In this document: in pieces, positions 1 to 12,200 of the stretch | How the letters are laid out: every line of letters starts with the position of its first letter | How positions within the stretch are numbered: position 1 is the first letter of the stretch | From: Amoebophrya sp. A120 | Lineage: Eukaryota; Protista; Dinoflagellata | NCBI GenBank assembly: GCA_905178155.1 | Contig: CAJINV010000014.1 | Location: 716,116-780,115, forward strand | Reading direction: 5' to 3' | Length of the DNA: 64,000 nucleotides | Made by a program: the position numbers and the translations under genes | Notes under the pieces: generated by a model | Told to the model about the DNA's origin: nothing | Seen by the model: only the letters and a program-made list of their open reading frames with translations | Database searches by the model: none

Positions 1-229
1 TGCAACTTGTCATGCTAAATCTGAAGCATTGAAAAATCTGTGTTGCATGATTACCAAAAGTGGTCCAGTTTTGACCAAGTCGGGAGGGAGTTTCTCATGC
101 AGGGTAGGCATGAGAGAGATCGCGCAGAATCTGTCATGCTAGGTCCTGCATTCCAGACCTCGTGTGTCATGGAAAAGCTGCATGACAAATCTGACAATCT
201 TCCAGACCCAGACATTTTTACAATCCATA
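1..229. mobile_element. Introner family A (partial, right end)
   Basis: TIR CTTCCAGACCCAGACATTTTTACAATCCATA. Confidence 0.85.
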
Positions 230-3200
230 CCCCGCGTCGACAGCCAGCTCCTTGCCGATGTCGGACATTTTGGTGTCTTCCTTGGCCAGCCACAGGGACC
301 GGACCAAACCCAGCACGGACTGCACCCCTATGGACACAGACATCGACATGGCCAGACTCGTGGGCGCGAGCATGTAATCCTTTCCGGCCACCGCAGAGGA
401 AGCATTCGCGAAGCTGGGGCCCGCCGCAGGGTGCTGCCGAATCACGTGCAGGCCGCCACGCATCTGAGTTTATTTTTGCTAGTTGTTCGGTATAGTTACT
501 TGGAACTGCGTATGCCTACTATTAATCAGCTTTAGAAAAAATTTTCCATGGTGGTCTGTCACGCAGATGGATCACAACAACTACAACATCCAACGGGCCC
601 TGCTCTATTAAATGAACGAATAGAAGCGTAGGAGTAGTACCGGGTCCACTTTGAAGGTGTAGTGTTTTAGCGGCAAGAAATTCTCTCCGATCGCGTTGAT
701 ACCACCTGCCAGGGACGAGGAGGCCCCTCCTGCGGACGCCGCGCTGGTCGCGCCCACAGAAGTTGCACCAGTGCTTGAGGCCGCAACCGCGTGGGCAACG
801 GCCTGGGATGAAGCTGCGCCCGCTCCTCCAGTGACACCTCCACTCCCCGCGGCCACCAACGCAGCGTTGACTTGCCCGGCGTTGTTTGCAATGAACAAAT
901 TGCCCCCGGCGGTGGAGGCAGTGGAGACGTATCCTGTGCAAAAACGTCGGGGGCCCCAAACCGCATGTTAATTGGAGGTCATGCAAATCTGCATGCAGCT
1001 GCCCCAGAAGTCTCTCATCATGATTCCCAATGAGCAGCACTTTCCATATGACGTGTTGGACCAGCCTTCCGAAAAAATCATGCTCTTGCTAGCAGGACCA
1101 CAACATGGCCAATTACAATTTCAATTCGTCGTGATGCGGCTATTTATAGCCAAGCACGACCACAGAGACAGACACATACACACTGCATGTCATCAAAAGC
1201 ATGCGGAGTCGACAATGTGCTTCTCGAACAAGAAGATCTGTCTAACCAGATTTCTGATCTCGCCTCCGGAAAGGGGTGAACGACGTTTTTACATAGAATA
1301 AGATGACGCGCTGGATGAGCCAGGTGTCCGCGACGTTTTTGATGGCGTTGGTGGTACTGGAGCCGGTCGCGCCGAGAACGTAGGCGGGCGTGATCACGTT
1401 GGGCGTGGCCCGGTAGTGCGTTATAACGCGCTCAGGTGTTACAATCTCAAACGTTACAATAGAGTTTGGAAATCTGTGATCCAAAAAGTGCATGACCTAG
1501 CCTTCATCTCCCACAGGTCTGCGCATGACAAGTTCCGGAGTCCCAAACCGCACTAGAATCATCATCTGGCGAGATTTGTATTGCAGAAAGTGGACCAAGT
1601 CTGTGTCTGTCATGCTCATCATGCAACACAAAATCCAGACTCTATTGCCACATTGAAGATTGCAACATCTGAGCAAGCCATATGCGTGATCCGCGTCTCC
1701 TGTTCTATGGGCTGCTTCATCTCGGCCTCCCAACGGTTCGACAGGTTGTTCTGCTCCAGGTTGGGGTGGTGCGACAGGGCGGCCCGGTTGATCCGTGTTC
1801 GCGCGGTGGTGGTGCAAGAGAGTTTCTTCGCTCGTGCACAGGTCGTCGTCTCTACTTCGGACGTAGTCTTCAGCTTGTCGCTCAACCTGATCGCCGGGGT
1901 CTCCTGTGCCGTTCCAACACCGCCTGCTTCGTCGGGCGAGACCGAGAGTGTAGCTGCCGTTCCAGCTTCTGCATGACAAAGTTCATGGTCTGATTCCGTG
2001 CAAGCCGTGGACTCAACATCGGACTGGGACGAGGGCCCGTGCTGGTGCTTATGCAGTAGGAAAAGTACACGACCGCATGAGGATTTTCCTCTTCATTCAT
2101 AACCATAAGTAGTAGTAGAAATTATTGCATCACAAAAAATTGTTTATGCAGTACAACAAGCAAATACCAACATCTGAAAGATGGAGAGAAAGAGGTTTTA
2201 AAACCTCTGCGATCATACCGATCAAGACTCGTATTGCAAGTATAGTACTGCTGCAAATTTCCGCGGTACTACTGGTACTGCAAAAATTGGAATTTCATCG
2301 TATGATTAGAATTATAACCCGTGATCATGCGAGGATGGTACTTTTGCAGATGGGATACTGGTTTGTTTTTTTCTTCTATGGAGAGAAAAAAGTTTGTCAC
2401 AGTCACTACCTTGCAGGTTTTGCATTACAAATTTTTTCAGCATCACAGCTTTTCTTTGTATTGCAGAAACACTAGGGAAATCCCTAAGGAAGTTTGGCTG
2501 TGATGCATTTTTACGCATGACAGGAAGTTTTGTATTGCAAAAATGCGCATGAGTGATCGTGACGAACTTTTTTTGTTTGATATCTTCGTCGGTCCAGTAA
2601 AACTCTGTTTCCCGGCGCGCCGACCATGGAGTTTTGGAACCTTCACCGTGATGGGTTTGTCGTGAAAGTATCACTTGCAAAAACGTCCCCATCCCAGAGT
2701 TGTCATGCAGATTGGCAATGGCAGGAACATTTGTAATGCGCATCTCCATGAGAGGCATTTCCAGTCGTGTTTTGGCATTTGCAATGCTGTAACCAGGATA
2801 AGCAGATGGATTTGTGATGCGTTTGCCCTTGCTAAGCTGCACTACACTACGGACTGAAACTTGTGATGCGTGAGTTCCAAAGCCTCTAGGTTTGTGTTGC
2901 AAAATCCCCATCTTGACTCTGGGGTGGGGACATCTTTACTCAGGATAGGAAGGCGCCAAAGGTCAGCGACTGGAAATCGGACTCGGAACCTCCCGAAGCG
3001 GCTGACGAGGGGGACCGCGTGGACTGGTCGGAATGGTGATCATGATGCTGATACTCACCACCAGCGGACGAAGATGTTGATGTGAAAGCGTGCCTAATAG
3101 CACTTCCATCCTGCTGGTGGTCTACTTCACGACGCGCCTCCGACGAAAGAATGTCGTTCGGTCTTCTCCCATTTTTAGTGCCAAAAAGCTTCTTGTCGGC

Positions 3201-6200
3201 ACCATGTTCGCTGGTCGTGTTAATATTCTCTCCACTGGAAGTAGTTGTAGTGCTAGACGTCATGAAAGCTGACACGCTGTGCCAAAACGTGTCAAGCAAA
3301 GAAGGCTTGGCGTTGTAGTAATTTTCATCTTCCTCAGCGCAGGAAACACCTGGACCACGACCGTAGAAATCATCATCCTGCTCATCGGCATTAGAAGTGG
3401 TGTTTGAAACACACGAGCGCGGAGTGCAATTATCAAACAAAAAAGTGCTAACGTTAACGGTTTTCGCAGATGGCAGTTATGCATTTACAAATTTTGCCTT
3501 CCATGCATGCTGCGCAATACAAATTTAGGCACCTGACATTTCCTGATGCATTACTGCATAACAAATTTCGTAAACGTTAACACTTTTTCTTGTGATAGCA
3601 ATTATCCTGCTCCGACGTTGAAAAGTCCTCTACTTCGCTGTTCACGTCGGTGGTAGAGTTCTGGTCCACATCCACCCCGGTGGCGCAAGAATTCTCGTCC
3701 GTGAAGAAAAAAGAACCCCCGCCTGCTTTTGATGATGTCTCGTCCCGTCCGTGCACTTCGAGTTGGTGATCCTCCTCGTCGGATACTACAATTTTTGTCC
3801 CGACATAATCCATCGACTTTTGCGCGGCGGCCGGGGCCGCCCCACCGGGGGGCTTCAACTTCGTATCGCTCCTTCGTGGAGGTCTCTCCGTAGCGAGAAA
3901 GTCGGGGGAGTGCAGCAACAGTGGCGTGACGTCAGACGGTCGTGTGGAATCGTTGTTCCTCCGGTCATCTTGCGTGCAACCACGTGTGGGTGAGAGGGAC
4001 AACGTCTTTGCGCCGTCCGAGTTGGAAGTTGCACAGAAATTGTGCTGAGCATCCCGTGGAGGTCCTCTTGCAGAAGGAGCCCGCCCTTGATGTTCGACGT
4101 CCACATTGGTCTCCTCACTGACAGGTGGGGATTCGAGCAAAAACGTAGACCCGACGAGCAACGAAGAGCCGGTGGATGCTTGTTCTTCGCTGACGCACCT
4201 ACTAGAGATCAACAAGTCCGGCGTTAGTGTTTGCTGCGGTTCTTGTTCAACATCTCCTGTCAACATCAGGAGGCTGTGGTCCTCGTCCTGGATGCTTGAG
4301 GTGGAAAGGTCTTGCGACACCTCACCAACACGCGTCGAGCAACTTCCAACGGAAACATTCAAATATTGTGATGCTGCAGTTCTTGCACCAGAAGGCGCGC
4401 CGCCTTGCTTGTCTTCGTGCTCCTGGAGGTGGTTCTCGTCGTCAACTACACACCAGTTGTCTTCAGGAAGATGATCTGGCGGCGAGTAAAGAGTAGAGGC
4501 GTCAGTACAACCAGTTGTAGCATCTGCATCCCCATCAAGAACTTGTTCTACAGAAGGCGCGGTCGTGGATGCTTGTCGCTCGACGAGGAGATTCGCTTCG
4601 ATCTTAGCTACTGCCCTAACCTTTCGCGGCGTTTCGAAGGCCGCATCCTCTTCATCTCGCAGTTGTGCTATTTGCAAACCCGGCGGGGCTTCTTTTTCTT
4701 GTCGCGGAAGCGGTCGCACATCACGATTCGTAGTTGTAGATTCAACGATATCAGTGTCGGCTTTCCTCGTGCTCTCCTCGCCTTCTGCTTCTTCGAGGTG
4801 GTCGTCGGGCCGCGTTGCAGTGGTCGTGGTGGTTCCAAGGGTAGCTTTCAACAATATCTCGTCACCTTCATCTTCTGCCGACGAGCAGGGAGGTGATAGC
4901 ACATCAACCGGGCTCGTTCTTTTGCTGTGCGGTGGATCATCCTCGACGTCGTCTTCCTCGTCCTCGTCTTGCAGCTCTACTCCCTCCTCTACCACCGGCA
5001 GCTGCATCAATTTTGCCTTGTGCATTCGCATCAGATGATGTTGATGAGAGGAGCCGGAGCCGGACGACAGATGATTATTAGCATGCTTCAACGAGTGGTG
5101 TATCCGGCCGGCCTTTGGGTTGATCTTCGTGTGAGGCTGTGACCACTGTGAGGGATTGTTATTATTTCCAGCTTGTTGCCTTGTACAAGTTGTTGTGCCA
5201 ACGACATGCGCCGACGAGGAGGGGAGTTTGCTGTTGTAAAGAACTCCTGCTGGACTACTGGAGGAAGCCGCAACAACTACTCCTTGTCCTTCTGCTCCTG
5301 CTGGTCCAACAGCTGCACCGCTAGTAGTTCTACAACTCGTCCTCCCGTTTTTCATCATCAAATTGTGGACATTTTTACTACTATTCGTTGCAGTGCCTTG
5401 CTGCAGTTCTAGTGCCTCATGTTCTTCTTCATCACTCGCCCGCGAGGTTTTCTTATCCTCGTGGTCTCGTCTGCTCGACGTCGACCTGGCACCAACAGTG
5501 GAAGTACCGCAAGACGCCGATCTGCTACTACCACGGGCAGCTGCTCTTTGCTCCCTGCCGCCTTGTGCATCTGCAGGGACGATAGTAGATGAAGCGCTTC
5601 TACCCGAACTACCGGCGGTAGGAGCTGTACTTTTGCCGAAAAACTCATGCAAGAAAAAAACTGCGCAAGTCTAGGTAAGTTTGTGTTGCAGATCATGTTC
5701 AATCCAGTCACAGTTGTCATGCTGGTTGTGCGTCTTCATCATGGGTTCGCTTCATAAGTGTTTTCAGTTTCACGTACTTTACTGACGTACTAGGTGCCGC
5801 TGCGCATGACAGATTAATGTGTCAAACAAATTTGTGATGCGACTCAGCATCCTGCTCCAAAGTTACACTTCCACAGTTTTTCTTTTGGATAAAACTGGAA
5901 GGATTTGCCGGGCCGGATGCCGAGCCAGTAATCTTCCAATCGCCGGAGGTTTTTCTCCACAATGCCCTCGGCTTGCGGTTGTAGCTGGGAAAGAACCATG
6001 GCAAGGTTAGAAGATGTTCCAGCACGACCGCAAGTAGAATTTGTCACCTCATTTTCAGGTCCACCAACCGGAGCTCCGCTCCCAGCAGCTTCTCCACGAC
6101 TAGGACCACCGGAAGCCGTTTCCGAACGAGTAGATGATCCGGCAAAATTTTTTGCGGACTCATTTACCATGTCCATGTCCGTCCTCACGGAGGTTGTGGC

Positions 6201-9200
6201 TGTCGTGGTCGTTGTGGTTGTGCCGCACCTTCCCGGGCCCGTGGTTTTGTAGTAGTCGTCGTCCCAGGTAAGCGCTAGAGGTGCGGCCCCCCCTGCAGAT
6301 CCACCTCCAACCAGCAGACCGATTGTGCCAGTACTTCCTGTCGTGGGAATGTTGATTTGATTCCCCGTCAAGAAAATACTGTTTCCGTCTTCCTGCCCGG
6401 GGAAAATACTGCTGCCGGAAGATGAACTACAGGTACCGGCCGACGAAATTTCCACCACCGACTTGCCGAAAAAGTACTCAGAGTGGTACGCGTAGTTGGC
6501 CTATGCATTGCAAGTATACGTCTGGTGCTGTTCTGGAAGGATTCAATTACACTTACACCTGTGATGCGAACAAGTTCGAATCACGCAAAAATTTGTGCTG
6601 CACGAGCGCGCTTGTTCGTCCCAACATTGCTTCACTAGAACGCAAAGAACAATTTTGAGTTTCTCCGTACAAAACAGGCATCTCACCACCTCTGCAAACA
6701 AGCCTGGATAGGCTTTCGGGGGAAGTCAACATCCGCGTCACTTGTGTGAAGGATGCAAAAGCTGCACGACGACGACACAATCGACATCTCCACCTTTCAC
6801 TTCTAGACCCAGACGCAATATTTGCAATGTTGCATATGGCCAGCCCGGGCGGCACGTAGTTGCCGAACGTCAAGGAACGAAAGAGCTCCACCTTGGTCGA
6901 CAGGTGGCGGATGTGCGAGCACAGCGCCGTGATATCAAATGTAAAAATGTCTGGGTCTGGAAGAATGCAGAAGTCTGTCATGCAGATTTTCCATGACCCA
7001 TGAGGTCTGTAATGCATGCCCTAGCATCAGAGATTCTGTGAGGGCTCTCTGATGCTCATACCGCATCAGAAACGCCCTGTCCGATTAGCGCAGATTGCGC
7101 CTCTTATGCTGTTCATGCAATACAGATTTTATGTAGAGTCCAAAGGTAGCATCACAAGTTCCAACTTTCCAGACCCAGACATTTTTGCAGTTCATACGTG
7201 ACGTCCAGAAACGAAATTCGCGCGTTCAGAGCCATCAGGTCCACTTGGCGCACCCGGTTCCCCCGGCGCAGGTGCTGCAAAAACTGCAGCCACGCGGTGA
7301 ACTCGCTGTAGTCACACTCCACGGATATCAACTGTAAAAATGTCCGGGTCTGGAAGATTGCGAGCTTTGTCATGCAGATTTTCCATGACCCATGAAGTCT
7401 GGAATGCAGGGCCTAGCATGACAGAGTCTGTGAGGTCTCTGCCATGCCTATCCCGCATGAGAAACTACCTCCCAACTTGGTCGAAAGTGGACAGCTTTTG
7501 GCACTCATTCGTTCGTTCGTATGGATCGGCTCTGCCGACCGGGTGACCCATCGCCTTGCATATAAATGACCGACATAGGCGATCCCCGTTACGGGACATA
7601 CATATTGGCCGCACGGAAGGGCCCTAGGCGCTACATACATAGTTCATCCTAGCGCCTACCACTTCGGTCGGGACTAAGTCAGCCTGGTCCTGGGGGTTCA
7701 CAGCGCACTAGCCATCTGCTAGCATAAACAGACTGGGTTTTACAAACTGTAACTGATCTAACATCTCATAACAGTGAGGCCATCATAAAGGTGCGCTAAA
7801 ACGGGTTCGGGGCGCTCCGTACGGAAGGGAGCCTTTCGACGCGGCGCACACTCTCCTGTAGAGTTTTACGCGGAACACGGATGGGCCGCGCACGCAACTC
7901 AGTCGAGGAGGACACACGCTCCCTCAATAATAGAGGCGGTAGTCAGGTCACTCACGGCGGCTGGCCTGTCTGAAAACGGTAATCCCCACCACCCATCTTC
8001 CCGGTTCGTCAATGACTCTGGCAAGCCATGTTACTTAGACTCCCCGCACATGCAAATATGGGACGGCGGGGGGGTTTTAAAAAGAGCTCTCGCCGTCCTT
8101 GATCTACTATAAAAGAAAAAGCCCTATAATTTCGGCGAGGCTGTTTAACTACTCGCTAGCTGATGGCCTCCTCAGGCAGCCGGCCCCGGGCATTCTCCGA
8201 GGCTTAAAACTTGCTATATTTTTTCTAATGTCGCGAAGGAAAACAAAGAAAGAAAGTGGCGGCAATGCCGCCAAAGACAACACCCAACCCGAAGACCACC
8301 GGGCAAAAATCATGGGGGGTGGGACACCAAAAACGAACGGGGCCAAGAACTTCGCGGCCAAATACCTAGCGCCCTGGGGCTCCTCCCATCCAGAGAGAAA
8401 ATGGCCCAGAAGGGAGGCGACCCCGAGGGGAGGCCAGGCGCGGTGTGCAAGATTAGGGGGGGCGGCAATTCGCCCACACAAAAAACCGGGAAACCGCCCG
8501 GCGAAATGATCAACAGCAACCACCTAGCCGGAAACAGACCGGGCGGGGCACCTCTTGCCCCGACTAATTCCTTGCCTAAATCGATGCTAAGGCAGGCGAC
8601 TAACTTCGCGCCTAAATTCCTGGCTAAATCACGGCTAATTTTTTTCATTGCAAACCCTTTCGCATTCCCTATGCTTGAATTAGAAACAAATTAGACGCGA
8701 AATTAGACCCCAAATTAGCCCCCCCCAACCCCACCTCTGCGCCCCTCATAAACCTCGGCCGGGCGGGCCGGGGCCATTGATATGCGGCCCGAGACAAATG
8801 GAAAACAGTCGCGCCGTTTCCCTCTGGGGCAAAAACTAAAATCGCAGGGGCGCAAACCTTGGAAACCCCGGGCCCCGATGCGCCACGGGCCCTGCAGACA
8901 CTGGGGCGGGCAATCTTCGCCAAAAAAATTAAAAAAAATCCCCAGCGCCCCAATTTCCAAAACCTGCAAAAACTACCGACGAAAAAACCCTTGCCCGGGC
9001 TACCTCTAGAACCCTTGGGGCCCCAGACTCGTGGGGCCACGACGAAAAGAAAAAAGGAGGGCCACAAGCCGGAACAATGTGGGCCCCACAATATTAGAAA
9101 AAAATCGGCAGCCTTTTAGGCGGCAAATTTGCGAGCCATCGGCCGGCTGAGCCTCCTGTATAGTAATGGTCTCCCTTTTCTCCTCCTTTCCCCTTTCTCA

Positions 9201-12200
9201 ATTTAACTCGCCTGCATCCCCCTGCTAATTTAACTCGCCTCCCCGTTTATCTCTCTGAAAACTCCGTCCGCAGTTTCACTCTCCTGCCAATTTAACCCGC
9301 GACGCCAACGGCTTTACTTCGGCGCATGGTGTGAAATCTTCGCGGCTTCTCTTCTCAGCTCCTCGACCTCTGCGCAGCGTTTTGCTCTGTTACCTTCGTT
9401 TTTTTTTTTTTTGGATCCGCGCCGCGCTTGTTTCTCTGAGTGCGGTCGATCTTCTTGGCCTATCGTCGCCGCCTGTTTGAAAGTTTGGACATTTTGAAAC
9501 GCGCCCCGCGATTCGCCTGAAGCTTATCGGGGTGATCTTGGCCCTGTCGCGTTCGTTGGCAACTTAAGGGATCCCCTGGAGATCCTTAATCTGACTGCGC
9601 TGAAACAATCTGAGAAGTATGAGGGCAGGATCTTAAGGCGAACGCGCCGGGTCATATTTTCCGGCAGTCCTCGAGCCTGCCGGGCCTTTTCTTTTTTTAT
9701 TCAAACGGGAAATAGTGTTTTCGTTTTTTTCTATGATTTCGATGCTGTGCGTTTTTCAAAAATCTCCGGAGTGCATTTCTCAGACTTTTCAGTCGCTCGG
9801 CCTGGTGTCCGATTTTCGGTCCGTCACTATGTCACTTCAATCATAGGGATCCTGCGTCGCCTGAAGTCGTCCCCCCGCTCCCCTTCCTGTGCTGTCTTGC
9901 AGCGATCTCCGAATAATCCGCAGCGATCTCCGAATAACCCGCTTCCTGTGCTGTCTTGGCACTCATGCAACACAAATTTTTGCATTATTCGGATTTAGCA
10001 TGACAAGTTTTAATCTTCCAGACCCAGACATATTTGCAATGCATAACGGAGACGCACCGGCGAAAGTGGCTGTTGCGGAAGTAGAACCGGTACTGGTGCT
10101 TTTTTGTGGACGTCCCGGATATGGTCTTGATCGGGTTCAGAGAGGCGGAACTGCTGTTGTGCGAAGTGGAACTACTAGAGGTGCCGGACCGTGGAGGGGT
10201 GCCAGCGCCTCCTGGAGCACCACAAAGAGGTCCTGGCGTGCTATTGTGTTGCATGCCAGTTATCGACGTTGTACTCACGCCGTTATTAGCAGGTGCTAAA
10301 TCACTACTTCCAGCATGTTGATGCGCTGCGGCAGTAGAAGAAGTCGCAGCGGCCTGATCGGCGACATTGTGCTGGTCCGCGACTGCGGTAGAAGTGGCGC
10401 TCCACCGGCCAAAGATAGAACTCGACCCACTAGCAAGAACACCCGCGCCGCCGGTTGTAGTGGTTCCGTCTTTCATCCGAGAAGTGCTGTTGTTTTGCTG
10501 CTGGTGCTCCACCCCTGAAGAGGAATTATGGCCTCCTGCCCCTGAAGGTGCTGGGGGTGGTCCTGTACAACCGGTAGTTTCGACTTCTTCCTTACTGAAC
10601 ATCGAGTGCGCCCCGTTGATAATGGCCACGTTGCTCCCAATCGAACTCGTCGCGGTCTTCATCTGCTCCATATTACGACCCTGCAAATGTTCACCCTGTC
10701 GCTCGCGCTCGGCCTGCTGCTGGGCTCGATGCTGCGCCTGCTGTTGGGCGGCTGCGGCGGAGTCCGAGACGTGAAGCATTATCATATGTAAAATCGTCCC
10801 CATACCAGAGCCAAGATGGGAAATCTGCTAGACAAAATCAAGCAGCTTTGGTTGCTTCGCATGACAAGTTTGTCCTTGTAGTGTAATCCTGTTTAGGTAG
10901 TTTAGCAGCACCACAGATCTAGCCTATCACGCGGATTCTAGCATCACAAATGCCACAACACGACTAGAAATGGCTTCGCATGGGGCTCCGCATGATAAAC
11001 TTTTTTCGCATGCAGATTTGCATGACAACTCTGGGGTGGGGACGTTTCTGCTCAGAATAAGCATGTCCAGGTTGTTATCGGAGGTGGACAATCGGTTCAC
11101 CGAACTCGCTGAAGAGGACCCGTAGTATCCATGATTCTGCGTACTAGCCATCTGCTGACTGTGCATTTGCTGTTCGATGATTGTCGCACCATTGCCAGTG
11201 TTCACCGTGTCGCCGGGTTCATCTGTGTTGCAGCTGTTCGTGGTTTTCGTCAGCGAGGTTGTGTTGTTTGTGGTTATGGTCGTCCCAGCATTTTGATTTT
11301 GCGCGGCACGACCCGCAGACGAGCTGTGGCTGTGGCGCGGACCTCCACTTGTTTCCAGGTGCTGATTCTGTTGGTCTACTTCTACTGCTCCAGACGTAGA
11401 ATTACTGGTTTTATTCACATTTTTCGAGGAGGAAATGGAGCAGGAGGAGGTCGTGTCAAATGTAAAAATGTCTGGGTCTGGAAGAGTGCATGTTTGTCAT
11501 GCTTGTCTGGTATGATTCTCAAATCTGTCATGCACGTTACCGAATAGCGCCAGTTTTCTGTCATGCAGAAACGCAGGCTGTAATGCAGAATAAGCAACAC
11601 CTAGAAGCTCAGAAACTTGCCATGCTGAGCCAGCACTTGTGGCCTCCTCATGATACGCCACCCAGCATCACAAGTTTCCAGACCCAGACATTTTTACATT
11701 TGATAGGTCGTGCTGTGCTTCGGATTGTCCACCGACGAGGACGCGAGGTTGCTAGAGGATGATCCTGATGCTGCTATGAAAGCGTCTGGATTGAAATCGT
11801 CAAAGTTGAAATAATTATTTCTCATGCATAAATTGGAAGGCATGAAGCGCCTCTCTTGCAGGGATGGCAAGTGAGGCCGACTGTCAGCCTGTTTGGGGTC
11901 TGCGATGCAGCTGCTGAAGTAGCATGACAAAGGACGCCTTCTATCCCTAAACAGCATGACAAACTGGATTTAGACGGTGCCGAAATTTGTCATGCGCCCC
12001 TTGGCAATTGGGCTTCCAACTGGTATCGATTTTAATATGCATATACAAGTTATTTCAACTTTGTCGATTTCAATCCTGACACTCCCATAGCTGCGTTTGG
12101 GGAAGAAGTGGAACTCGAGGAGGAGGAGCTCGTCGTGATTTCGTACGGCAAAACCAAGAGGTCCGCAATGAAGCGGCTGGCTTCAATGTGCGGCAGGCAC

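Noticed and set aside
8099-9119. ORFs inside the nested insert as a possible RT or transposase
   Set aside because: No RT, endonuclease or DDE motifs. The sequence is abnormally rich in homopolymers and may be poorly polished assembly.
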